NCBI GenBank assembly: GCA_018400955.1
Contig: JAGYLH010000004.1
Coordinates: forward strand, 3,350 to 67,349
Length of the DNA stretch: 64,000 nt
Reading direction: 5' to 3'
Source of the DNA: Bacteroidales bacterium
GTDB taxonomy: Bacteria > Bacteroidota > Bacteroidia > Bacteroidales > F082
Part shown: in pieces, positions 19,557 through 29,600 of the stretch
Numbering within the stretch: the stretch's first letter is position 1
Layout of the letters: the number at the start of each line of letters is the position of its first letter
Made by a program: the position numbers and the translations under genes
Notes under the pieces: generated by a model
What the model saw: the letters and a program-made list of their open reading frames with translations, nothing else
Told to the model about the DNA's origin: nothing
The model's database searches: none

Positions 19557-20192
19557 TTAGTTTGTCCTGAGGCATTCGGTAAATGCTGCCCATTGCCTGT
19601 TCGTCATAATATCATGCAGGTTGACCATCAAAGCACGGAATGATCGTGAGAAAGCTTCGGCATTTGATGCTTTCAGCTCACGCAGCGCTGTGCGGTAGTT
19701 CTCACGCAGCTGATTCAGGCGGCGGGCCAGTTCGGGCCGGTCTATTTCACCTTGCTGGAATTGATTGAGTAAATCGAGGCGGGCATTGTTTGCACGCGCA
19801 GTTAACTGACGAAAAGCTTGCCTGTGGCTGGCAATAATGCGTTCATTGCGTTGTTCAAAAGCACGGAGCGCGCGACGTGTCTGGGTGCTTTGTTCGGCAT
19901 TGAGGCCCACACCTGACAGGCAGCGTATGAGGCCATTGTTAAGCGATTTTTCGTCAAAAGCCGCTTCTGTAGCGGTATAGGCATCAATCAACCCGTCATT
20001 CTCAGTAAAAAATTCATGGTTTTCATCAGCTGTACTTTCGGGGGTTTGCAAGAAATTCTGGTTGGTCAGCTGCACAATTTCTTCCACCGAAAGGCTGGTT
20101 TCTTCCTCGACTATTTCAATCTTGTACTGTTCTTTTTGGCAGGATACCAATACAACAATCAACAGCACGACGAAAATGGATAATTTTTTCAT
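19557..20192 (-). CDS. Helical lipoprotein, hypothetical (Spy/CpxP-like LTxxQ-type motifs)
   Basis: Lipoprotein signal MKKLSIFVVLLIVVLVSC. The Arg/Gln-rich helical C-terminal half has LNAEQSTQ and MTNRQWAAF motifs. The function call is weak. Confidence 0.5.
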   Translation of the reverse strand: MKKLSIFVVLLIVVLVSCQKEQYKIEIVEEETSLSVEEIVQLTNQNFLQTPESTADENHEFFTENDGLIDAYTATEAAFDEKSLNNGLIRCLSGVGLNAEQSTQTRRALRAFEQRNERIIASHRQAFRQLTARANNARLDLLNQFQQGEIDRPELARRLNQLRENYRTALRELKASNAEAFSRSFRALMVNLHDIMTNRQWAAFTECLRTN

Positions 20193-20328
20193 AGGTAATT
20201 CGTGTTTGGTTAAAGGTTATTATTCTACACAAAAGTATGCAAAGGGCAAGAATTATTCTGATTTTTCGGTTTTAAATTTTTACGGTAAAAAATTAAACGC
20301 ATCAGCTTCATTTGTTTGACTGAATGTT

Positions 20329-20336
20329 TATATTTG
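20329..20336 (+). promoter_or_regulatory. Candidate -7 box (TATATTTG) upstream of the hybrid kinase gene
   Basis: Matches TAnnTTTG, 86 nt upstream of ATG 20422. Confidence 0.3.
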
Positions 20337-20349
20337 TGTGTTTTAAGCG

Positions 20350-20373
20350 AGCCATTTAGCTAAATGGCTTTTT
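20350..20373 (+). promoter_or_regulatory. Perfect 20-nt palindrome plus T-run in the 5' leader of the hybrid kinase gene
   Basis: AGCCATTTAGCTAAATGGCT (20350-20369) is its own reverse complement and is followed by TTTT. No upstream same-strand gene exists for it to terminate. Confidence 0.4.
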
Positions 20374-20421
20374 ACCTTATCTGAAAGCTAATGTAATCAA
20401 CATAAAAACAACCCCTTAACT

Positions 20422-22887
20422 ATGCCAACTGATTTAAATACAGGTGATGATCAACTAGCTAATGACTTATTAAATCATTTGCCGGCCTTTGTGTTTCGCT
20501 ATGATTACAATACCAAAACAGGACATGCCAGCTTTCCTTATGCCAACAGCGGCCTTGGCTTGTTTACCGGGCTTTCTTCTGCTGATATTGCCCATGATGC
20601 ATCTCCGTTTTTTGCCAAAGTACACAAGGATGATCTCCATTTGGTAAGCAATAGCATGAAAGAGAGTGCCGAAACCATGGCCGAATGGACATGTGAATTC
20701 AGGTTGACAAATGCATCAGGCAAAGCAATCTGGGTGGAAGGAACTGGAAAGCCCCTAAAAAAAGAAAAAGGCATCATATCGGGCTATGGCTTGATAAGCC
20801 GTTCGAAAGATAAGATGCTCGCACTCAAAAAGAGTGAAGAGAAATTGCAATCGCTCAATGAATTGCATAACCTTATCAATCAGTTTTCGTCTTTGTTGAT
20901 TCAAGCCAACGTAAATGAACTTCATCAGGCCATTGATACCACTTTGCAACGTTTGGGGGATTACGCCCAGGTGGATCGGGTATATATTTTTGAGCATGAC
21001 ATCCTAAAGGATGAAGTTAACAACACCTTTGAATGGTGCAGATTGGGCATCAATCCTGAAATTGATAATTTGCAGGGCATTCCTTTTGATGCTGTTCCCC
21101 ACTGGAAAGAAAAGTTCAAAGCCAATGAATATGTTTATATTCCATTGGTATCTGAGATAGCTGATGAATATCACATTGAAAAAGAAATTCTCGAACCCCA
21201 GGGCATTATTTCATTGCTTGCTTTGCCCATTTATTATGGTGAACGTTTCATTGGATTTATTGGGTTTGATTCGGTGAGGAATAAGCGTGAATGGTCAACT
21301 GAGCATATTGCGCTGCTTCGATTGGCTGGCGAAATTATTGCCGGGTCCATTTACCGTGAACAATTTGAAAAGGAAATTATTGAAGCACGCAAAATAGCCG
21401 AAGAAGCCAACAAGGCCAAATCGGAATTTTTGGCCAATATGAGCCACGAAATACGCACTCCCATGAATGCCATACTGGGCTTCAGCGAAATAATGCTGAA
21501 TACAACCAATGACGATAAAAGCAAAAAATACCTTAATACCATCTTAAGCAGTGGCCGCACCTTGCTTTCATTGATCAATGATATTCTCGATCTTTCGAAA
21601 ATTGAAGCCGGACAAATGGAAGTTGTTGAAGAGCCCACCAGGGTGAATGTGGTTTTTAATGAAATCATGCAAATTTTTCACGCCAGGGCTTTAGAAAAAA
21701 ACCTGGACCTGAATGTGGTCATTGACCCGGAATTTCCTGAAGTAGTTACGCTGGATGATGTGCGCCTGCGGCAAATTTTATTTAACTTGGTGGGCAATGC
21801 GATTAAATTTACACAACAAGGAGGCATAACTTTGGCTGCAAGAGCAAAACCAAGTTCAATTGATAGCCGTTTGGTGGATGTTGAGATCATTGTTAAAGAT
21901 ACGGGCATCGGTATTGATCCCACATACCACGACATGATCTTTAAATCGTTTTTTCAGATTGAAAGTGATAACACGCGCAAATATGGCGGAACCGGGCTGG
22001 GGTTGAGCATTACGCAAAAACTCGCACAGATAATGGGAGGCAGTATTCGCCTTGAAAGTATTCCTGGCAAAGGAAGTGATTTTATAATTTGCCTGAAAAG
22101 CGTTGAAATTTCGTCCCATGAACCCATAAAAAAATCTATTTTCGATTGGCAAGCCGATCAGGTGCTGTTCGAAAAGGCAACAATACTAATTGTTGATGAT
22201 GTGGATTTTAATCGCGAGTTGGTTAAAAGCTTCCTGTCCGAATTTAATTTAACCATTGTAGAGGCCATAAATGGCAAAGCCGGCATTGAAATGGCCAAAA
22301 CTCACCAACCCGACCTGATATTGATGGACTTGCGTATGCCCGAAATGAATGGATACGAAGCAACAGAAATACTTGCTGTCTGGCCCGAAACGTCTAAAAT
22401 ACCTGTGGTAGCCTTCACCGCCTCTTCCATGAAGCACGACGAGGACCTGATCAGGAGGTTGTTTAGCGATTATTTGCGTAAACCAATTGGCCGCGATGAA
22501 TTAATTCATTGCTTAATCAAGTTCTTGCCCCACCAAATAAAACGGGAAGATCCAGAGATAAACAAAATACCTGAACCGGATTTTTTAAGTATTGCAAATC
22601 AATATCCCCAAGAGGTTTTACTTGCTTTTGTTCTTGAATTCAACAAAAAGCTCAATAGCCATCTTGATGCCTTAAAGAATTTTATGGATGTAGAGCTACT
22701 GGATGAATTTCTGGTTGCTCTCAACGCCTTATCCGACAAGCATAAGATCAATCTGTTTGAAAAAAACATCTCAAAATTAAGGCTGGATGCTGCAAATTTC
22801 GATTTTGGTAGTTTTAGCACCAATATTGCCTTGCTAGACCAAAACATCCGATTGCTGTCAAACACCATCAATGATAATAACACATGA
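20422..22887 (+). CDS. Hybrid sensor histidine kinase (PAS, GAF-like, HisKA, HATPase, REC, helical C-terminal tail)
   Basis: H-box FLANMSHEIRTPMNAILGF, ATPase boxes FNLVGNAIKFT / KDTGIGI / GGTGLGLSITQ, and a receiver ILIVDDVDFNREL...LMDLRMPEMNG...RKP. A helical tail of about 130 aa follows the receiver. Confidence 0.85.
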   Translation: MPTDLNTGDDQLANDLLNHLPAFVFRYDYNTKTGHASFPYANSGLGLFTGLSSADIAHDASPFFAKVHKDDLHLVSNSMKESAETMAEWTCEFRLTNASGKAIWVEGTGKPLKKEKGIISGYGLISRSKDKMLALKKSEEKLQSLNELHNLINQFSSLLIQANVNELHQAIDTTLQRLGDYAQVDRVYIFEHDILKDEVNNTFEWCRLGINPEIDNLQGIPFDAVPHWKEKFKANEYVYIPLVSEIADEYHIEKEILEPQGIISLLALPIYYGERFIGFIGFDSVRNKREWSTEHIALLRLAGEIIAGSIYREQFEKEIIEARKIAEEANKAKSEFLANMSHEIRTPMNAILGFSEIMLNTTNDDKSKKYLNTILSSGRTLLSLINDILDLSKIEAGQMEVVEEPTRVNVVFNEIMQIFHARALEKNLDLNVVIDPEFPEVVTLDDVRLRQILFNLVGNAIKFTQQGGITLAARAKPSSIDSRLVDVEIIVKDTGIGIDPTYHDMIFKSFFQIESDNTRKYGGTGLGLSITQKLAQIMGGSIRLESIPGKGSDFIICLKSVEISSHEPIKKSIFDWQADQVLFEKATILIVDDVDFNRELVKSFLSEFNLTIVEAINGKAGIEMAKTHQPDLILMDLRMPEMNGYEATEILAVWPETSKIPVVAFTASSMKHDEDLIRRLFSDYLRKPIGRDELIHCLIKFLPHQIKREDPEINKIPEPDFLSIANQYPQEVLLAFVLEFNKKLNSHLDALKNFMDVELLDEFLVALNALSDKHKINLFEKNISKLRLDAANFDFGSFSTNIALLDQNIRLLSNTINDNNT

Positions 22888-24083
22888 ACGAATTAATGAC
22901 AAAAGCCACCCTTAACGCACATGTACTTGTAGTTGATGACAATCCGCGTAATTTACAACTCATTTCAACTGTTGTGGGCGAAGCCGGCTACAAAGTTAGT
23001 GCTGTAAATTCGGGCCAAAATGCTTTAAAATACCTTAAGCTTAAACAACCTGATATTATATTGCTCGATGTAATGATGCCCGAAATGAATGGCTATGATG
23101 TATGCCGGACCATCAAGGAGGATCCTGGTTTAAAAGACATTCCTGTTGTTTTTCTCACGGCTAAAAACGAAGTGCAGGATATTGTTACTGGCTTTTCATT
23201 GGGAGCCGTCGATTACATTACCAAGCCCTTTAAAACAGAGGAAGTTTTGATTCGTTTATCAACTCATCTGCAATTGCGACATTCAAAAAAACTCTTGCTT
23301 GAGAAAAAAAATGAACTGGAAAAATTGAATGAAGCATTACACAAGTCGAAAGAAATTATCAAAGCCGATGCCAAACGGCTGGAAAAACTCAATGCCGAAA
23401 AAGACAAATTCTTCTCGATTATAGCCCATGACCTCCGTGGCCCCTTTGCCGGCTGCATAGGTCTTACCGAAATAATGGCAACAAGCGTTGATAACATGAG
23501 CAACGAAGATATCGCTGAATATGCCCAAACACTCAACGAAACCGCCTCACAAATAAACAAATTACTTGAAAACTTACTGGAGTGGGCACGCATGCAAATG
23601 GGGCTTGTTGGCTACAACCCTGATGATGAAATGTTTGTTGAAATGATTTCCAACACCATCAGCATTTACGAAAAAGCTGCTAACGAAAAAAAGATCCAAC
23701 TCCAGCTGCAACTGCCAGCTGATGTAAGGGTGCATGCCGACCCCAATATGGTCAATAGCATCATGCGCAATTTGCTTTCCAATGCCGTTAAATTTACCTA
23801 TCCCAAAGGAAACATCAAAGTAATGGCACAAGTTGTTGAAAATAATATGATAAGCATTCAGGTGAGCGATAACGGGATAGGCATACCTGAAGGTTTAAAA
23901 AGAAAGCTATTCCGGCTGGATCAAAAAGTTTCAAGACCCGGAACATCGGGTGAGGAAAGCTCTGGACTGGGTTTGTTGTTGTGTCGCGATTTTGTACTAA
24001 AATCAGGCGGTACGTTAAGCCTTGAAAGTAAGGAGGGGCAGGGAAGCACATTCAGTTTTACGCTGCCTTTAGCCAAGGACTGA
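22884..24083 (+). CDS. Response-regulator/histidine-kinase fusion (REC, coiled coil, HisKA, HATPase)
   Basis: The ATG overlaps the upstream stop (ATGA). Receiver VLVVDDNPRNL...LLDVMMPEMNG...TKPF, H-box FFSIIAHDLRGPF, ATPase boxes NLLSNAVKFT / DNGIGIP / GLGLLLCRDFV. Confidence 0.85.
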   Translation: MNELMTKATLNAHVLVVDDNPRNLQLISTVVGEAGYKVSAVNSGQNALKYLKLKQPDIILLDVMMPEMNGYDVCRTIKEDPGLKDIPVVFLTAKNEVQDIVTGFSLGAVDYITKPFKTEEVLIRLSTHLQLRHSKKLLLEKKNELEKLNEALHKSKEIIKADAKRLEKLNAEKDKFFSIIAHDLRGPFAGCIGLTEIMATSVDNMSNEDIAEYAQTLNETASQINKLLENLLEWARMQMGLVGYNPDDEMFVEMISNTISIYEKAANEKKIQLQLQLPADVRVHADPNMVNSIMRNLLSNAVKFTYPKGNIKVMAQVVENNMISIQVSDNGIGIPEGLKRKLFRLDQKVSRPGTSGEESSGLGLLLCRDFVLKSGGTLSLESKEGQGSTFSFTLPLAKD

Positions 24084-24103
24084 CAAGCTGAATCTAATAC
24101 TAT

Positions 24104-24514
24104 TTATTTGCGCAATAAGCCTATTCCCAAACTCAACAGGCCAACAACCAGAAAAACAATTCCCACATACAATATAATAATCATGTTGTTTGGCTGGGTA
24201 AGACCGGGGCCTGTAGCTGCTGCAAAAAAACCACCACTTATAAAAACAGCTGCCAATGGAATGCCCAATCGGGCTGTCCACTTCCATAGGCCAGTCAGGC
24301 GGGTGTGATCAACAAATAGTTGGGCCACAAGGCTAAGTATTACGAGCACTCCGGCATGGGCGTGCCCGGCCCTGAACATGGCCTTTTGGAATTCCGTTAG
24401 TTGTAATTCTTCATATTGTCCGCTCAGCAGGCCTAACAAAAAATAGCCGCCATAAGCGATAGTAACAATGGAAATCAATATGATACCACTGATTTTTTTG
24501 GTTTCTTTAGTCAT
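24104..24514 (-). CDS. Small integral membrane protein (4 predicted TM helices), function unknown
   Basis: 136 aa with four hydrophobic segments and a conserved-looking FRAGHAHAGVL motif. No family recognised. Confidence 0.5.
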   Translation of the reverse strand: MTKETKKISGIILISIVTIAYGGYFLLGLLSGQYEELQLTEFQKAMFRAGHAHAGVLVILSLVAQLFVDHTRLTGLWKWTARLGIPLAAVFISGGFFAAATGPGLTQPNNMIIILYVGIVFLVVGLLSLGIGLLRK

Positions 24515-24678
24515 GGTAGAATGAAGTATTGGTTAGTAATTGGTCGTAAAAATAAAGCAATTTTCCACAGCCTGCATTTCAAAATCAAGCGAAAATTATC
24601 ATCAAGATTACGTCCGGAGGGGATCAGGTTTTTGACTGCATCGTATTAAAAGCATAGCCAACACTTCAAAAAATCGGT

Positions 24679-24686
24679 TAATTTTG
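24679..24686 (+). promoter_or_regulatory. Candidate -7 box (TAATTTTG) for the ECF sigma factor gene
   Basis: Matches TAnnTTTG, 42 nt upstream of ATG 24728. Confidence 0.3.
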
Positions 24687-24727
24687 TTCCTTCGCCATTT
24701 GATGGGAGCGAAAAGAACAACGATTTT

Positions 24728-25291
24728 ATGAAGGAGCAGGACCAGCAGCTTACTGACTTATTTGCCCGGGATGAACAGCAAGCTTTTAAACAGCTTTTCG
24801 TGCAGTTTTATAAACCCATGTGTGTGGCAGCCCGCCTCTACATTTCCGATTGGGCCGATGCAGAAGATGTTGTTCAGCAAGTGTTTATCAAATTCTGGGA
24901 AGAGAAGCACTACAAAAAAATCAATAGTTCTTACAAACATTTCCTCCATATTTCGGTGCGCAATGCCTGTTTTAACCATACGGGCCGATTGAAAACAAGG
25001 CAAAAACGTGAAAATAATATCGACCAGGAAGCCCTTGCAGAACAAGCCATCGACTTTCTTTTGCAAAAGGAAGAACTAAAGGTTTTTGAAACGGCTTATG
25101 AAGAATTGCCGCCACAAAGCCGTAAAGTTTTTGAGTTGGTTTACTTTGCAGATCAACCTTATAAGGCGGCCGCACAAAAACTTAATATCTCAGTAAACAC
25201 CGTTAAAACCCACCTTAAGAATGCCTTACGTATCTTGAAAAACAGCAAGGCAATCAACAATTACTACAGCGACAGAAAAAAAGCTGATTGA
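24728..25291 (+). CDS. ECF-type RNA polymerase sigma-70 factor (Bacteroidota PUL-associated type)
   Basis: Region 2 DAEDVVQQVFIKFWE, and region 4 HTH YKAAAQKLNISVNTVKTHLKNALRIL. Confidence 0.85.
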   Translation: MKEQDQQLTDLFARDEQQAFKQLFVQFYKPMCVAARLYISDWADAEDVVQQVFIKFWEEKHYKKINSSYKHFLHISVRNACFNHTGRLKTRQKRENNIDQEALAEQAIDFLLQKEELKVFETAYEELPPQSRKVFELVYFADQPYKAAAQKLNISVNTVKTHLKNALRILKNSKAINNYYSDRKKAD

Positions 25292-25330
25292 ACTCACCCA
25301 TTTTTATCACAAACTTGTCATTATATTATC

Positions 25331-26521
25331 ATGAGCATCAAAGAAAAACCGATAGCCATACCTGAGGAGGTGCTTGACCTCCTGGCTAAAAAAGCCCTCG
25401 GCAAACTGACTCAGTCTGAGGCTGAGGCATTGCAGCGATGGTTGGACAAGCATATCACCCACCATGAAGAGTGCCAGCGTTTTATGGATCAGGTAAAAAA
25501 GCATTACTGGACATATCTATCCAACAACATAAAAGAAGAACCGCAGCTTGCCGCCGCAATCCTGCAAAGCAAAACAGCCCGTCCGAAAAAACTCAAGCTT
25601 ACCTATACCATTCTTGCCTATGCTGCCATGTTGCTTTTGCTTGCAGGCTTCGGCTGGTATTTGAACAGCTTTTACAAACAAAAACCGGAAACCACCACCA
25701 TGGCGCAGGCAGCCCCCACAGAACGTCACCATAAAGCCATATTGGTACTTTCGGATGGCAACAGCCTGAATCTTGATCATACTGGAAAACTTAAATTGTC
25801 TGCTGAATCAGGTGTAAAAATCACCAACACCCCCGGCAAATTATTGCGCTATGAGCAGGACGACAATTCTCTTAATACGCATAAATTGAACCGGTTAATA
25901 GTTCCGGCAGGTGCGCGTTACCAGCTGCAACTGGCCGATGGGACCAAGGTGTGGATGAATGCAATGTCCGAGTTGGAATATCCAGTTGCCTTTGCTGATG
26001 ATGTCCGCCGTGTGAAGCTAAGCGGTGAAGCCTATTTTGAGGTGCATCCTGATAAAAACAAAGCATTCATCATTGAGGCCAACGGCAATAACATCAATGT
26101 TTTGGGAACATCCTTCAATGTGTCGGCCTACAGCGATGATGGGTTTGTACAAACAACATTGGTAACAGGAGCTGTTTCTATTAAAAGCCGGCAAGGAAAA
26201 GTACACACCCTGCTACCCGGACAAATGAGCATGATTGACAACAACAACCATCAAGTACTTATTAATGAAGTAGATACGCGATTATACACCTCGTGGAGAG
26301 AAGGAGTTCTACATTTTAATAAAATAAGTCTGAGCGATTTGGCTGTCAAACTGGAGCGTTGGTACGATGTTGAAATTCATTTTGCCAACGAAAAGTCAGC
26401 CAATCTGCTATTCAGCGGTGCCATGGAAAACTCGCGCGACATCAGCTTTTTGTTGCGTTTGATTGGCGACGCTGCACAGGTTGAATTTGAAATAAAAGAC
26501 AAGCAGGTTATTGTGCATTAA
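25331..26521 (+). CDS. FecR-family anti-sigma factor
   Basis: Cytoplasmic N-terminus, single TM (YTILAYAAMLLLLAGFGWYL), FecR-like periplasmic domain (TKVWMNAMSELEYP, VKLSGEAYFEV, NVLGTSFNVSAY). Confidence 0.85.
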   Translation: MSIKEKPIAIPEEVLDLLAKKALGKLTQSEAEALQRWLDKHITHHEECQRFMDQVKKHYWTYLSNNIKEEPQLAAAILQSKTARPKKLKLTYTILAYAAMLLLLAGFGWYLNSFYKQKPETTTMAQAAPTERHHKAILVLSDGNSLNLDHTGKLKLSAESGVKITNTPGKLLRYEQDDNSLNTHKLNRLIVPAGARYQLQLADGTKVWMNAMSELEYPVAFADDVRRVKLSGEAYFEVHPDKNKAFIIEANGNNINVLGTSFNVSAYSDDGFVQTTLVTGAVSIKSRQGKVHTLLPGQMSMIDNNNHQVLINEVDTRLYTSWREGVLHFNKISLSDLAVKLERWYDVEIHFANEKSANLLFSGAMENSRDISFLLRLIGDAAQVEFEIKDKQVIVH

Positions 26522-26626
26522 AAAACCGGGAAATGCGGCAACATTCCCCGGAAAAGCCATTAACCAAAATGCAAATAAATAGTGGTCTAAATACGGCAAT
26601 TGATTAATAACCAATAGTACAAAAGT

Positions 26627-29600
26627 ATGAATAAAAAACTTCGACAGCACTTTTCGCCGGGGCGGCAAGCGCTGAAATTAATTGCATTAAGCATGAAAAT
26701 TTTTCTCCTACTCACTTTTGTTGGCGTGGTTCAAGCATCAGCCTCCGTGTTTTCGCAACATAAACTGGTGAACCTTAAACTGGAAGATGCCTCCGTTTAT
26801 GAAGCTGTTAACGAAATTGCACAACAAGCAGAGCTGCTTTTTATCTTTCACGAAGCCGAAGGCAACATCAACCAAAAAATCACCATAAGTATGCAATCCG
26901 CTGGCCTTGATGAGGCCATGAAAGCCGTGCTAAAAAACAGCAACCTGGATTACAATATTATCGAAAACTATATCGTGGTTAAACCTGCGGCTAAAAATGA
27001 AAACTTGCCGGAAGTACAAGCCCGGCCAACGGAAACCATTGCCATCAGCGGAAAGGTAACAGCTGCCGAGGACGGGCTAAGTCTGCCCGGCGTAAATGTT
27101 TATATAAGGGGGACAACAGTGGGCACCACAACCGGTATAGAAGGCGAATATCAGATTGATGTCCCGAAAGAAACCACCCACCTTGTTTTTTCCTTTGTTG
27201 GTATGATTACGCAGGAAGTTGCCATAAACGGGCGAACAACAATAAATGTTGTAATGCAGTCAGCAGCACTTGATCTTGGCGAATTGGTTGTTGTTGGCTA
27301 TGGCATGGAATCAAGCAAACTCGTATCAGGCTCCCTGGGCGTGGTAAGCGATGCCGATATCCGCGATGTGCCAATTCGAACTATAGATGGCGTGCTGCAA
27401 GGGCGTTCAGCAGGCGTGCAAATATCGCAGAACTCCGGAACACCGGGCGCCGCTACTTCGGTGCGTGTGAGGGGAAATAGCTCCATCACTGCTGGAAACG
27501 AGCCCCTGTATGTGATTGATGGCATCCCTATGACCACAGGAAACTATGGCCAAATAGGCTTTTCAGGCCAGGGTATCAATGCGCTTTCTGATATCAACCC
27601 CAACGACATTGAATCCATCACCGTTTTGAAGGACGCCTCCGCAGCAGCTATTTACGGAGCCAGAGCAACCAATGGTGTTATCCTGATTACCACACGTCGC
27701 GGCAGCCAGCAGAAAACCAATATCAACTTCAACAGCTCATGGGGCATGCAGGAAGTAACCAAAAAACTGGAAATGCTCAATGCCAACCAATGGCATGAAT
27801 ACCGCGGCACCCAGCCCGACCAGGACAATCCGGTTGATGTAAATTGGCTTGACCAAATTTTCAGGGTGGCCCCCATGAGCAGCCACGAGCTTTCGGCAAG
27901 CGGAGGCGACAACAAAACCAAATTTTTCATATCGGGTAACTATTACAACCAGGAGGGAACAATTCTGGGAACCGACTTTCAGCGTCTCAATGGCCGTATC
28001 AACCTTGACCATCAATTGAATGATTACATCACCATTGGCGGAAGCATGGGAACCAGCTATTCGCTGAACAACCGCGTTGAAGGCGACAGGTCCTTGCATG
28101 GTGTGCTGCCCAATGCCATATCGATGGCTCCCATTTATCCAGTTTACAATGAAGATGGCAGTTACAACCAGGATGGTTTTTTTGCCAATCCGATAGCCAT
28201 TGGAAACGAAGCCATCAACGAAGCCCACTCATACAGAACTTTGGGCAATGCGTATGCTGATGTCCGCTTTTTACAAAAATTCACATTCAGCACGCGCTGG
28301 GGAATGGATTACCTGAGCCTGCGCGAGCACAGCTACGACCCCACTACCACACGGCAGGGTGCAACCACCAATGGCCTGGGCATAGAAGCACAAACCAACG
28401 TACTCAATGTGGTTTCGAACAATTTGCTCAGGTACAACAACACCTTCAACGGGCAACACAATGTAGAAGCCCTTGCCGGTTATTCGTTCGAAATGTTTAA
28501 AAGACGTAACCAATATGCTGAAGGCATCGATTTTCCCGGCCCATATTTTCAATATATCCTCGATGCCGGAACCATTCGTTCTGCTGAGGCACGGGCTACC
28601 GACAGGGGTATCAACTCTTATTTTGGGCAAGTAAAATACAACTTCGATTATAAGTATATCATCTCTTTGAGTGGGCGTTTCGACGGCTCTTCCAAGTTTG
28701 GCACCAATAACCGTTATGGTTTCTTCCCGGCTGCCTCGGTGGCATGGCGTTTGAGCGAAGAAAGCTTCTTCAAGGCCCTGAACCTGCCTGTTAATGAAAT
28801 GCGCCTAAGAAGCAGTTATGGTTTGACAGGAAACGATGGCATCCCCGATTTTGCCTATATGGACCTTTACAGGGGAAGGGCCAACTATATGAACCAGGCC
28901 GGAATAGCCCCTTCGGGCATACCAAATCCCGACCTCAAATGGGAAACTACCACCCAATTCAATATTGGCGCTGATATCGAGCTGCTTAAAGAGAGGTTTT
29001 CGATAGCTGTGGACTACTACCATAATATCACCCGCGACCTGCTATTCGACAGACCGGTTTCGATGACCTCAGGCTTCAGTTTTGTAACTTCCAATATCGG
29101 AGAATTGGAAAACAAAGGTGTTGAGCTTTCTTTGAACACCATCAATATTCAAACCTACAAATTCCAATGGGAAAGCAGGCTAAACCTCAGCCGTAATAAA
29201 AACAAAATTCTGTCGCTGTATAAGGACCAAAACCTCCTTGACCTCGATCGCTACAGCCCAAGTGCGGTGATGGTAGGCGAGCCTATGAGTGTGTTTTTTG
29301 GATTCCAAAGTATAGGTGTGGACCCCTCAACCGGTGACCTCGTTTTTCTGGATGCCGATGGCAATGGGGTAATCAACTCCGACGACCGCGTAGTGATTGG
29401 TGATCCCAATCCCGTTTTTACCGGCGGATTTACCAACAACCTCAGCTATGGTGCTTTCGACCTGAACTTCTTTATTCAGTTTTCCTATGGGAATGATATT
29501 TTTAACGCAACCCGCATCTTTATCGAAGCCATGCGCGGACCAGATAACCAAAGTGTTGAAATTTTACGCCGCTGGCAAAACCCGGGTGATATCACAGATA

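Noticed and set aside
26522-26570. Hairpin ccgggaaatg-cggcaa-cattccccgg between fecR and susC, considered as a possible terminator.
   Set aside because: The stem has a mismatch and is followed by AAAAGCC rather than a T-run. sigma/anti-sigma/SusC units are usually read through or separately promoted. It is not convincing.
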